Below are positions 11,896 through 23,551 of a stretch of 64,000 nt of DNA, in pieces (positions within the stretch are counted from its first letter, which is position 1; every line of letters starts with the position of its first letter). The stretch lies in the NCBI GenBank assembly GCA_964016885.1, contig OZ024742.1, forward strand, positions 284,642,001 to 284,706,000. Direction: 5' to 3'. The position numbers and the translations under genes were made by a program. The notes beneath the pieces were generated by a model. That model saw nothing but the letters and a program-made list of their open reading frames with translations. It did no database searches and had not been told where the DNA came from. This DNA is from Eledone cirrhosa (lineage: Eukaryota).

Positions 11896-12633
11896 TCTCC
11901 CCATCAACGAACTCATTATTAATACATATGAATTCAATATAAAAACTTTAACTTCACATTATTTTTCCCAAATCCTTCTACACATAAACTTTTTCTCTTT
12001 GCTAATTTTAAAACTCCTACATTTCTTCTTTTGACGTTAGAATATTCACCCACAATTATTATTTTTTTCTCTCTATCTCCATACATAATTTCCCTTCGTT
12101 ATTTTTTTCTCTCTATCTCCATACATAATTTCCCTTCGTTAATTTTCAAATTCCTTTAATTTATACATTATCTTCCAACGGTTCCCAACCTCTCTATATC
12201 TTTTTCTCAGTTATAAAAACTATCTCTTTCTCTCTATCACCCATCTCTCCCTTTCCACCTTCACTCTCATCTCCTCCCCTTTTTTTCATCCTTTCCACCC
12301 CCACCCCTCCCTAAATATAATATATTTTTTCCTCGCACATATCCTCCCTTCGTTAATTTTCAAAATTTTTAATTTATACAGTATCTTCCAACGGTTTTCA
12401 ACCCCTCTATATAAAATATATCTCCTCTCAGTTATAAAAACTATCTCTTTCTCTCTATCACCCATCTCTCCCTCTCATCTCCTTCCCTTTTCATCCTTTT
12501 CTCTCCCCCCCTCTCTAAATAAAATATTTTTCCCAATATCACACATCAATCTAAAACCACTTTTCATATGTTGATTTAAAACTGCACTATCAACAAGTGT
12601 TTTTTTTTTTTAGCCTTCATATCATGTTCTCCT

Positions 12634-12702
12634 GTTTTATCTGATGAAAACACAAATATTATTGTTTGATGATGTTTGTTTTTGAAATGCGCATAATAAA
12701 AT
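12634..12702 (+). ncRNA. Type I hammerhead ribozyme (family 2) near the PLE-A 3' end
   Basis: GTTTTAT, CTGATGA (12641-12647), about 16-bp stem II, GAAA (12684-12687), TGCGCA, TA, ATAAAAT. Predicted AUA cleavage after 12695. Confidence 0.87.
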
Positions 12703-12766
12703 ATATTGAACTCCTTTAACCATCTTTTGATCTTATATTATATATATGTATATATATATATAGAGA

Positions 12767-13459
12767 GAGAGAATTAGTATATCTACCAACATATGTATAC
12801 AGATGTATACCCATGCTAGCAAATATATATGTTATGTCTTAGTACCTTTGTGGTTCTATGCAGGGGGATGCAGAACAATTATATGAAAGACGTAAAATAA
12901 GAAAATTTTAAAATTAAAAATTAACTTACTTACTAAAATTTTCACTCCAACTAATTAGTTTCTGTAAGGGAATAAATATAGTTGCGTAATGTAACTATAG
13001 AGAAGTCCTTACGTCATCAGGGAGTCTATTCTCAGCTAAGTTCCCAGGCAATGCGCGGACACTAGGAACCCATATAAAAATAATAATTCAGTGGATGGAA
13101 TAAAATTAGCGGGGACTAAATTCCAGGGCACTGAAAAAATTCACTGCCTACTTGGTCAGTGGCAAATTCTAAAGAATCTCAATCACGTGACACTGAGGTT
13201 AATCAGTGAGGAGTGGGGTGGTATTATGACAAGAGCCTAACTACTACCATGAACCATAGCAGTAAATTTTGGCAAGTTTCGCTCAACAAATAATTTGGAG
13301 ATAAATATAGAGAATTAGTATATCTACCAACATATGTATGCAGATGTATACCCATGCTAGCAAATATATATGTTATGTCTTAGCATCCCCCTGCATAGAA
13401 CCACAAAGGTACTAAGACATAACATATATATTTGCTAGCATGGGTATACATCTGTATAC
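12767..13459 (-). mobile_element. Non-coding HHR-containing element: 541-bp unit, partial second unit and a 77-bp inverted segment
   Basis: 12771-12842 is directly repeated at 13312-13383. 13383-13459 is the reverse complement of 12795-12871. Minus-strand 3' end abuts (TC)n(TA)n. Confidence 0.8.
12944..13025 (-). ncRNA. Type I hammerhead ribozyme (family 3)
   Basis: Minus strand: ACTCC, CTGATGA, stem II GTAAGG...CCTTAC with an inner TATAGTT/AACTATA helix, GAAA, palindromic CTAATTAG, TT, GGAGT. Predicted GUU site. Confidence 0.83.
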
Positions 13460-13718
13460 CCATCTGTATACTAGCTTAATTAAAACATCGAGTGAGTGGG
13501 AAAGCGATCAAAGATTTGTGTGTGTGTAAGTTCGCTCCCGAGCGCTACTGGTAATATGTAACCCAGAACATGTTACACTGTGTGGTCGTCGGTGACTAAA
13601 CCGGCAACCCCACCAAGCTTGCTTATTGAGAAGAGTGGGTATTGGACAACCTGCGGGACGAAAAGCAAAACCCGTTGAAGGGCGGAAGAACTCATGTGAA
13701 TCAACGGCCACCCATTAG

Positions 13719-13721
<3 letters not shown>

Positions 13722-13806
<85 letters not shown>
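13722..13806. repeat. (TA)n microsatellite, left flank of PLE-B
   Basis: Direct observation. Confidence 0.95.
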
Positions 13807-13810
<4 letters not shown>

Positions 13811-13895
13811 AAAATTGAACAGGAACAAAACAGAGAGGCAGTACAAACAAAGGTTTATTAATTTCACGCTCTTGAGAGTGGGGTGGTGGTGGGGA

Positions 13896-13930
13896 ACGAC
13901 GTTTCGGGCATAAGCCCTTCTTCAGGTGAA
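13896..13930 (-). ncRNA. Minimal type I hammerhead ribozyme (family 4)
   Basis: Minus strand CTGAAGA-A-GGGC-TTAT-GCCC-GAAA-CG-TC. Palindromic ACGT stem III, GUC site. Adjacent stem I is only about 2 bp. Confidence 0.75.
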
Positions 13931-14845
13931 AAGTGTGTGGGAAGAGAGTTCAAAGGGTGTGTAGGGGAGTGGTGGAGAGACATATAGCAAAAAGGGGGTG
14001 AGAGGAAACGGTGCAAATGAAATTAAAAATAAAGGCATGATCAAAATAAAATTAAAATGGGGTAAAACAGGTGGTGGAAGGGTGTGGGGCGTGTAGGGGT
14101 GGTGGCGGGTGGAGTGGGGAGAGGGAGATGGGGTGTCCGAGCGGGGAGGGCTGAAGGTGGTGTGTGTGTGTAGGTGTACGTGTGTGTGTGTGTGTGTGTA
14201 TGTGAAAGCAAGGGTTGGGGGAAGAACGGGGTTGCATGTTCTGGAAGAGGTGTGTGTGGGGTGGGGTGTAGGTCGGAGTGTGTGTGCGTGTGGGGGTAGA
14301 GGGGTGGGGGGAGAGGATTCCGGAGGTTGAATGTGTAAATATGTGGTGGTACGCACGTGTGTGGGTGGTGTTTATGCGTGTTGTGGATGTAGGTGGCGTG
14401 TGGGAAAAAAAATGTTTTGGGGTGTGTGTGGGGTGAGTCATAAAGGTAATTCCGTAAAAAGATGTGGTGGAATGCTGAGTAAAATCCTGGGATGCGGTGG
14501 ATTCTCGGGATCAAGGTTCACATATGTGTAATCCGTGAAGAGATTGGTCGGAAGAGGGGAAATGTGGGGTGGGCGCGCAACAGGAAGTGGTCAGAGGGTC
14601 AAGGCAGGAGGAGTGTTGTGTATATGTGTGTGCGGGGAGGTGGTCAGAGGGAATAGCAGCAGTAGGGTAGAATGGTAAGTGAAGGTGTGTTGTGTGTCTG
14701 TGTGTGCGGGGAGGTAGTCAGAGGCATAGCAGCAGTAGGGTAGAATGGTAAGTGAAGGTGTGTCAGTGTGTGCGGTGGACAGGGGAGAGGATGGGTAGGT
14801 GTGAAAGTTGGAGTGAGGTGAGGGGGGGAGGGGGGTGGTCGAAGG

Positions 14846-17603
14846 CTAAAGGAATAAGGGTGGGGAGTTCAGGCCGGGGGGAGTGTGGGTCTGTAAGATG
14901 AAGATGGTTCGTTGTTCGACTCTTAGGAGATTGGCGGGTGTTCCGTGGCATTGGAGTAGGTCACAGACTGTGAGATGGTGTGCGGAATGTCCAGGGGCAC
15001 CAAAGTGGCGGGCGATGGGGGAACTACCACCGAGACGAATATCCCGGAGGTGCTCAGTAAATCTGTCCGCCAGGCGACGTCCAGTCTGTCCGACGCAAGT
15101 CGCGCTGCACTCCGTGCAGCGAAGTCCGTAGACTAGGTTGGAGGAGGTGCAGCGGAAGGCATGCCGGACAGAGAGAGAGTGGCCGTTGGGACCCTGGAAG
15201 GTGGTGGTGTTGGTGATGTGGGGACAGGTGTTGCAGCGGGGCCTAGAACAGGGAAAGGAACCGGGGGGGGGGCGTGAGTTGGGAGGTAGGGAGCTGTGGA
15301 CGAGGAGGGTGCGGAGATTGCGTGCGCGTTTGAAGGAGGGGAGTGGTGAGGCTGGGAAGATGTGGGAGGTGGAGGGGTCGGACTGGAGGCGTCGGAAGAG
15401 GCGGAGGATGGTGCGGTGGAGGGGTATGGTGGAGGGGTGGTAGGTGATGGGGAAGGGGAGACGTTGGGTGGGTGTGCGGTGGCGTGGGGTGAGGGTGATG
15501 GAGCGGTGGACAGCACGGGCGCGGGTGAGAGCGGTGTGGACGAGAGAGGGGGGGTAACCTCTGCGGATGAAATGGCTGACTAGGGAAAGGGCCTGGGACT
15601 CAAAGTCGGCATCTCGGCTACAGAGGCGGCGGATCCTGAGGAGTTGGGAGTAGGGAATAGAGTGTTTAGTGTGTGTGGGGTGGGAAGAGGTGAAGTCGAG
15701 GTAGGAGTGGGAGTCGGTGGGAGGGGTCGAAGGCGACGGAGATGTCTAAGAAGTGGACGTGGGTGGTGGAGATAGAGGTGGTGAAGTGGAGGGAGGGGTG
15801 GAAGGAGCAGAAGAAGGAGAGAAAGGAGTCGAGCTGTTCTCGGGTGAGGGTCGTGGCTCCGATACAGTCGTCGATGTAACGACCGTACAGTTCGGGCGTG
15901 GGGCCGGTGTACTGGGCAAAGATTTGGGCCTCAATATGGCCAACAAAAAGGTTGACATAGTTTGGGCCCATTATTGTACCCATGGCTACCCCCGTGACCT
16001 GTTGGTAAAACTCACCCGAGAAGGAGAAACAGTTGAGGGTGAGGACCAGTTCGGCGAGGCGAAGGAGGGTGGGGGTGGAGGGAATGGGGGAGGGGCGAAG
16101 GTCGAGGTAGTGTTTGAGGGCGCGTAGGCCGTCGGCGTGGGGGATGACGGTATAGAGGGACTTGATGTCTAGGGTGAAGAGGAAGGGCTGTGGGCCGGGT
16201 GGGTAGGTGAAGGAGTCGAAAAGGCGCAGGGCGTGGTTGGTGTCGGAGATGTGGGAGGGGAGGGTGGTGACAAGGGGGGCGAGGATGGAGTCGAGAAAGG
16301 CGGAGATGAGTTCGGTGGGGCAGTTGCAAACGGAGACGATGGGGCGGCCGGGGTTGTCGGGTTTGTGGAGTTTGGGGAGGAAGTAGATGGTGGGGGTGAG
16401 GAGGGTGCGAACGATGAGGTGGGAAGCGGTGGGGGGAGGAGGGAGGAGGAGACAAGGTGTTGGATGGTGGAGGAAACTTGTTGTTGGTAGAGGGGTGTGG
16501 GATCGGAGGGTAGAGGGCGGTAGAAGAGGAGCTGCCTGAGGGCTTCGGCCGTGTAGAGGTTCGCGCACCACACCACCACGGCGCCTCCCTTGTCCGCCGG
16601 TTTGATGACGATGTCCTCTCGGCTACGGAGGGAGCGGAGAGCGAGGAGTTCGCCCCGTGAGATGTTACTCCGTTTGGAACAGTGGCGGAAGTCGAAACGA
16701 TTTACGGCGCTACGGCTGGCATCGACGAACGTGTCCAGGGTGCTAAATTGCCCTGGGGCCGGCGTCCAAGAAGATGGTCGTCGGCCCAGGGCGAGAAACG
16801 GGTCTGGGGCGTTCGGAGCCGGTGGCGTTCGGCCGAAATGTGCCTGTAGCTTCGTGCGTCGCACGAATCGCTCGACTTCCGTTCGGGTGCGGAACTCGTC
16901 GCTGTGCGGAGTGTGGGGTATGAAGCGAAGGCCTCTACTAAGAAGTGAGCGCTCAGGTGCGGAGAGGGGGAGGTCAGGGGGTATGGTGACAACAAGTGGT
17001 GGGGTTTGGGGGTGTGAGGGGGAAGGGAGGGTGTGGTGAGGGGTGAGATGGAGGGTGGAGATTGGGTAGGGGTGTGTGTCGAGGGAGGGGTGGAAAGTGG
17101 TGGGCTCATAGGGATGGGCGGGTGGTGGTGGATGGGGGTGGTTGGGAGGAGTGAGTGTAGCTTGCGGGCTTTGGTGGAGGTGAGGAAGAAGAGGTCGTGG
17201 TTGAGGTTTTGGATGAATAGGAGGATGGCTTGGGCGAGGAGGGGGTGGCAGGTGGAGTTAAGGAAGAGGAGGGTGGGGGTCAGTTGGTGGTCAAGTTTGC
17301 GGAGGGTGGAACGGGAGGCGTGGATGGAGTTGCGCATTAGGAGGCGTGAGGATCGGGTGAGGATACGTTGCGTGGAGGGGGAAGCGGCGGGGGAAGTGTG
17401 GAAGGTTAGACGGAAGCCGAGGGGGATAAGGTGGAGGCGGAGGCAGTGGCTGAGGAAATGGATGTGGCTGGAGTGCCGGGTTTTGGCGAAGAGAAGGTAG
17501 GAGAGTTGAAGGGCAGAGGGGAGATAGCAGGGTAGGAGGAGGGGGTGAGAAAAAGTTTGAGGCTAGTGTGTAGTTGGTGGAGAAAGGATCTCAGGCTGGG
17601 CAT
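14846..17603 (-). pseudogene. PLE-B ORF: RT, CX4CX2C linker and GIY-YIG endonuclease; several frameshifts
   Basis: IVIKPADKGGAVVV, YFLPKLHKPDNPGRPIVS, DIKSLYT, GVAMGT, RYIDD, FLDI, then PCSRPRCNTC, NLVYGLRC..C...CVGQTGRRLADRFTEH, PPGLN; stop at 14846-14848. Confidence 0.9.
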
Positions 17604-17658
17604 GGTGGGCGTTGGGTGAAAGCAGGGGGAGGGATGAGAAAGCAGGTGTGTGAAGCGG

Positions 17659-17699
<41 letters not shown>

Positions 17700-17800
17700 T
17701 TAAGGTAAATATTGATGCAATTCAATTCAAGCACTGAACGTACTTATTCCACATAGGAAAAGCGAAATAGTTTCAGATGTTCCAGTCCTTTAATAATAAT

Positions 17801-17874
17801 GCTGTGATACATATTTCAATGGTGACAGTGGCCACACTGTTCCGTGCGCCAGTGCCGCGACATCGTCAGACAGC
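17801..17874 (-). ncRNA. Type I hammerhead-like motif (family 5, minus copy)
   Basis: Reverse complement of 18007-18080. Confidence 0.6.
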
Positions 17875-18006
17875 TTGTTACATAATAAGGTTATGGAATT
17901 GGTACTCACAAGGGAACGGACGAAGAACCCAAGAGCACACACTTCGTCCGTTCCCATGTCGATTCAATTTAGATTGCCTCGGAAACATAACCTTATTATG
18001 TAACAA

Positions 18007-18080
18007 GCTGTCTGACGATGTCGCGGCACTGGCGCACGGAACAGTGTGGCCACTTTCGCCATTGAAATATGTATCACAGC
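18007..18080 (+). ncRNA. Type I hammerhead-like motif (family 5)
   Basis: GCTGT, CTGACGA, 45-nt irregular stem II, GAAA (18064-18067), TATGTA, TC, ACAGC. AUC site. Stem II pairing is imperfect. Confidence 0.62.
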
Positions 18081-18135
18081 ATTATTATTAAAGGACTGGA
18101 ACATCTGAAACTACTTTGCTTTTCCTTATTCTCTC

Positions 18136-18236
<101 letters not shown>

Positions 18237-18879
18237 ATTGTGTGTGTATCTAATTGTAAACAATTTTTTTTATCCTTTTAGCTTTTAACTTTTTTTTTTT
18301 TATTTATTTTATTTCATTTTCTTTCTTATATATGTTGATATGTTGTATATTATTATTTTACTATATGCCATTATTTTATAACTCTGATATAATACCAGGT
18401 CTCTAACTGCTGAGGTCCCCTTAATAGGGTGGTACTATCAGTAATCTTTGTCTCATAGGGTAGACTAGACACTGTAGTTTGGTTATGGCAACTAGTCTAG
18501 GAGATGGTAAGCTCTGAAATAAAAACTTGAGGTTTCTGAAGTTCTTGGTCTTGTCATTCTATATGTCACACCAATGAAATCGTCTATGGTCAAGTAGTGG
18601 GCGTTGTTCTGAGCAAGCTATGTCCACTCAAAATAGGTTCAGCTGCAGAGATACTTCTTGTACACTACAAGCTCAGTTAACACCAGTTGTATGGTTGTCA
18701 GTAATCTTAAAATGTGTTTTAAACTCATTTGAAATGTCTCAAACAAAATTAGTAGATGGCAATAAGGACTTGGGAACAACAGGTGAACAGGTCTGACTCG
18801 GCAAGTAACCCAGTGCGTTGTAGGAAGGGCCAGGTCGTTATCCTACTAATGTGGTCAATCAACAACACGAAAACGTTAA

Positions 18880-19720
18880 TCACACTAGGAAATTTGCTTG
18901 TTGAAATGTGCACACTCTAGTGAATGTCAATTTGATTCAAAGACCAGAGAAACGAACTGCATTAATCGCTCGTAAATTGATATTCATTGGATCTAGTAGC
19001 TCTCTCTATGACACACCTACAAGGTCAGCTCAATGAACGTGGATTTAGTTACACTTTCTTTTGGAAAGGTATAGCAGAAGTTCAAATTAGGTGTTGGCTT
19101 GGCTGTTAGAAACTCTCTCAACTCAGTTTTTTTTTAATTATCCCAGTGGTTCCTCAGAACGTATTATATCATGTCGTCTGCATTTGAATAAAGCAAGATG
19201 TCACTCCCAGAAGAATATATTGAACAATTTTACAATGAACTTGAAGAATTAGTGAGAATTGTGCCAGCTGCTGATAAACGATGAACTAGTAATTATGGGT
19301 GGCTTCAATTCGAGGGTTGGATCTGATCTCATGGCCCGTCGTGGGTAGACATGGTGTAGGAAAGTGTAACCGAAATAGTGTTTCACTCCTCATTTTTTGC
19401 GCTGAACATCAACTTGTAATAACAACACTTTCTTTCTGCAGAAAGATAAATGTAAGACAATTTGGATGCACCCAGGGATTGGCTTCTCATTGATTACATT
19501 TTAGTTTTAAAATGTGATGTAAACGATGCATGTATCTTATTAAAAGATCGGAGGCCATAATCAAATGATTCAGGTTCATTTAAAACTCGTTATAGATATT
19601 TCACTGAGGACTATCAGTTATGATAGCCGACGCTCTTCAGACGGCAAAACCTATAAAAACTTGAAAACATTGAAACTTCAAATGTGAAAAGAATCGAATA
19701 ATTTCCTCGAAAAAGATCTG
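18880..19720 (+). pseudogene. Decayed RTE-clade LINE, APE endonuclease region (5'UTR probably extends to about 18390)
   Basis: Fragments translate to [58 protein letters not shown]. Many stops and frameshifts. Confidence 0.75.
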
Positions 19721-19731
19721 TTCTTGATACA

Positions 19732-19905
19732 GGGGACGACCGACCGCGTCGTGTTGTTTCTTCGACGGTTGGGAATTCATCGCGGGAGACCACTGCCTCA
19801 TCTGGAGTGGCCCTGGGGGTAGGACGGGCTTCTGCGGTGTGGCACTGGCCATCCCCAAGCACGTCCGCAAGTCACTCATCAGCTGGAACCCGGTGAGTCA
19901 CCATT
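19732..19905 (+). pseudogene. GC-rich fragment of a second LINE APE endonuclease
   Basis: Translates to HCLIWSGPGGRTGFCGVALAIPKHVRKSLISWNPVSH, resembling the RTE-type GV...ISWNPVS segment. Abrupt GC shift at both ends. Confidence 0.55.
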
Positions 19906-20358
19906 TTCTGTCCATCCAATACGAGACAGTAAAAAGAAAAAACAAATCAGCGAAGTTACAAGACAGTATCGTAAAGAGCTACACAAGCGGTGCTTTCATG
20001 TCTAATTGTCTTTGGAAAGCTCTAATGTTGTGCTAAAGTCCAAACTGATGATACCAATGCTAACAGAAATCATATAGGTTTGACAGGGAATTTAAAATTC
20101 GTTATTATTAACCACTGACCAGGTCTGAACATTAGCCGGTTTCTTCCAGATAATATTTATATTTTCTCAAGATGGTAACAGATTGATCGAACGCTCACAG
20201 ATTTTAAATCTATGCAGACATGCTTCGGAATTCCTACTTCCATTATGTGTCTCCAAACGAACGAAAATTGAAATAGTACGAACATATTTATATTTAGTAC
20301 CTTACTTTTTAATGATTCATAAAAACACTTATCCGACACGAGTTATTTTCCCTGCACC

Positions 20359-20404
<46 letters not shown>

Positions 20405-20436
20405 TAGTTATGTAATAAACAACATAAGGCAATTAT

Positions 20437-20494
20437 TCCATTTACCAGTGGTTTCTTAAAAGCAAAAAAATTTTCTTTCAATCATCAGAATGAA
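20437..20494 (-). ncRNA. Type I hammerhead ribozyme (family 6, minus copy)
   Basis: Reverse complement of 20583-20640. Confidence 0.82.
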
Positions 20495-20582
20495 AAAATG
20501 CTGGTCTGTTTATTGAATTTGGATTTTAAAAACAAAAATTTTTGTTTTTAAAATCCAAATTTAATAAACAGACCAGCATTTT

Positions 20583-20640
20583 TTCATTCTGATGATTGAA
20601 AGAAAATTTTTTTGCTTTTAAGAAACCACTGGTAAATGGA
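20583..20640 (+). ncRNA. Type I hammerhead ribozyme (family 6)
   Basis: TTCATT, CTGATGA (20589-20595), TTGAAAG...CTTTTAA, GAAA (20622-20625), CCA-C-TGG, TA, AATGGA. Predicted GUA cleavage after 20634. Confidence 0.85.
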
Positions 20641-20797
20641 ATAATTGCCTTATGTTGTTTATTACATAACTATTAAGCTCTGTTACCTACATAGAGCACT
20701 CTTTTTTCCTGGACTTTTCCGACGGAATTACTTCATTTATACAGCTCCAACCGGGATTGATTGAAGCATATTCTATATTACATATACGATTGGCACT

Positions 20798-20838
20798 ATA
20801 CATATATATATACATATATATATACATATATATACATA

Positions 20839-20903
<65 letters not shown>

Positions 20904-20941
20904 TATACATATATATATATATATACATATATATATACATA

Positions 20942-21028
<87 letters not shown>

Positions 21029-21054
21029 CATATATATATACATATATATACATA

Positions 21055-21103
<49 letters not shown>

Positions 21104-21141
21104 TATACATATATATATATATATACATATATATATACATA

Positions 21142-21238
<97 letters not shown>

Positions 21239-21264
21239 CATATATATATACATATATATACATA

Positions 21265-21309
<45 letters not shown>

Positions 21310-21358
21310 TATACATATATATATATACATATATATACATATATATATTATATATATA

Positions 21359-21443
<85 letters not shown>
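20798..21443. repeat. Compound (TA)n/(TACA) microsatellite followed by (GA)n
   Basis: Direct observation. The interruption pattern recurs at 210 bp (20991 vs 21201). Confidence 0.95.
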
Positions 21444-21449
<6 letters not shown>

Positions 21450-21734
21450 GAGTATGTATATAATTATATACATATACAATAAGATATAACATTTTCAGAC
21501 AACGTTGTTTGCTATAGCCATGCTTCCAATTAGCTAAATTTGACAGTATACAAAAGGGAGGTCCATGGCTGGGTTGGTAGACTTGTTCAGCTCCTGGTGG
21601 TCCTTCCAGTTGGCACTTAATTGAATCAGACGCCAAATTAGCTTTCATAGAATTACACATGTGTGTAACAGAATCCGTTGATGAGACAGCTTTAAACGAC
21701 TTAATTTCTCTCTGAGGAGATACTAAAACACATA

Positions 21735-22096
21735 CACCCCTCTCTTACTCTCCCTCTTTCTACCCTCTCTCTCCCTCTCTCTCTCCTTCTCTCCGTTACT
21801 CTTTTTTCTCTCGCGCGGTCTCTCTCTCTCTCTCCTTTTCTATTTCTCATACACTCTCTCTCTCCCCAGACTTATGGATTTATGAATGCTATTGTTCTAA
21901 TCCCTCACTCACCCCCCTATCTGTCCCTCTCTCCTCTCTCTCTTACTCCTTTCTATCTTGTGCACTCTCACTCGCATTCTCTCTCCAAATCTCTGAATTT
22001 AGGAACGCTATTGTACCTTTCTTTCTCCTTCTCCTTGTCCCTCTCCATCTTTCTCTCCCTCTCTATCTCTCTCTGTTGCTTCTTTCTATCGTACGC

Positions 22097-22146
<50 letters not shown>

Positions 22147-22360
22147 TCTCTCTCCCTTCCTCCCTCTTTCTCACAATTTCCCTCTCCCTCTTTCTCTCAC
22201 CCTCTGTTTCTTTATTTTACACGTTTTCTCTCTCACCCACTCTTTCTCTCTTTCTCTTACGCGCTTTCTCTTTCTCTCTTTACCTCACCCTCTCTCTTCT
22301 TTTTCACCTTGTCCCCCCTCTTTCATTCTTTATCTCTGTCTCTATCTCTATCTCTTCAAA
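21735..22360. repeat. CT-rich low-complexity region / (CT)n
   Basis: Direct observation. Confidence 0.9.
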
Positions 22361-22824
22361 CCTATGGATTTAGATACTCTATTATTCTAAACCAAACGTA
22401 AACAACTAATAAGGAAATATAGATTATCTTCTTTGTGATACGGTGGAGTTTACTTGTACTGATGTCAGTGGTTATGCTTTTATCAACCATCTTGACTACC
22501 TGATAGGGGGGGGGGGGGGACACGATAGCAGCCTTCTCCTAAGAGCTTTGGACAGCTAAGGTGGAAATGTTCTAAGGACTACCATCACTTTTCGGAATAC
22601 AATGGGCAGGGAGATATCTTGGCCCATAGATATAAAGTTTAGCCGGGCACGGTAGGGCAGCTAAGACTTCATGATGCATAAGGAGCTGGACACAATGGAA
22701 GTCTGCCTGCATGGTGTTTGTCCATGCTGTACATGGTGTGTGATTGTTGGACCTACGTCGATTTTGACGACGAGTGTTCTAATTGTTCGTTCAATGGAAT
22801 ACCCTTTTCGTTAAATTAACGGCC

Positions 22825-23070
22825 AAGTGACTGAGCATTCTACAAACACGTAATTCTCAGGGAGGTTCAGCGTTATACAATATGGGGCAAGCCCGGTCCT
22901 TTGACTCACAGACACAACTCATTTTTCCCAGCTAAATGGATTAGAGCAACGTGAAATAAAGTGTCTTCACCAAAGACAACGCGCTAGAAGGAATTGAGCA
23001 TGCTATCTACCGAACACCTTAATCATAAAGGTGATCCGAACACCTTAATCATAAAGCCACAAGACTTCAT
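22825..23070 (-). mobile_element. Decayed SINE-like repeat
   Basis: Shares CAGCT..A.TGGA....AACGTGAAATAAAGTGTCTT with 28476-28515. Resembles tRNA-derived SINEs I recall from cephalopods. Confidence 0.55.
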
Positions 23071-23287
23071 ATGACCAGAGAGTCAAGTACTGAGGCACAC
23101 TCTTCCATCTTGTCTATGGCCCTTCCTGTCAGATCTCCAACTGCTTTACTCAATCGTTTTATGTCAGTCGTTATTAAAGTTGCAGTCATTTAGTTAGAAA
23201 TTAAAATCTTTCATTTAAAATCCAAACGCTTCAGAATTTTTTTTTTTTTTTAAAGAAATATCATATAGCACACGTATGTACATACAC

Positions 23288-23546
23288 AGAGGCTGTGGAA
23301 CTGGGGGGAGGAGTAGCATGGGGCTATGTCCCTCACCTACCCAATAATTATATTTTTCTTCCCAAACTACCAAAAACACATCTATTTGTATATACACTAC
23401 AATTTATCTACATGTTATGTTTATCGCATATCAAAGTTTTTTTATATTTTGGTTGATATTTGATAATAACAACTAAAGTAATCACTACAACTAAATTGAC
23501 CAAATTTGGCTCTCCCCCAATTCAGAAATGCTTCCACTGCTCCTGG
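23288..23546. mobile_element. Possible decayed MITE
   Basis: Degenerate terminal inverted repeats: CAGAGGCTGTGGAAC versus the reverse complement of the right end, CAGGAGCAGTGGAAGC. Confidence 0.3.
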
Positions 23547-23551
23547 TACGT

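Larger units (their letters stand above)
9107..12741 (+). mobile_element. Penelope-like element A (AT-rich), 5'-truncated, with an 871-bp inverted copy of its 3' end at the 5' side
   Basis: 9107-9977 is the reverse complement of 11871-12741. Between them lies an RT/GIY-YIG ORF. 3' end abuts (TA)n. Confidence 0.93.
13807..17660 (-). mobile_element. Penelope-like element B (probably Neptune-type), about full length, inserted in (TA)n
   Basis: (TA)n on both sides; long frameshifted ORF; 3'UTR with HHR and AATAAA (TTTATT near 13855 on +). Extreme C-richness of the coding strand. Confidence 0.92.
17699..18126. mobile_element. Fold-back HHR element: 141-bp inverted arms around a 90-bp spacer
   Basis: 17755-17895 is the reverse complement of 17986-18126 (a few mismatches). 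The spacer holds a perfect 14-bp hairpin 17912-17925/17942-17955. Flanked by (TA)n and (TA)(TG)n. Confidence 0.8.
20404..20797 (+). mobile_element. HHR-bearing element end with a 270-bp spacerless palindrome, embedded in (TA)n
   Basis: 20404-20673 is palindromic about 20538/20539 with one mismatch seen. About 125 bp of unique tail follows, then (TA)n. Confidence 0.85.

Noticed and set aside
9107-12741. DNA transposon with 871-bp TIRs
   Set aside because: The internal ORF is a PLE RT/GIY-YIG, and the arms are its 3'UTR with HHR. This is an inverted PLE duplication.
13470-13720. Structured-looking 250-bp segment before (TA)n
   Set aside because: No CUGANGA core or other ribozyme fold that I could establish by eye; left unclassified.
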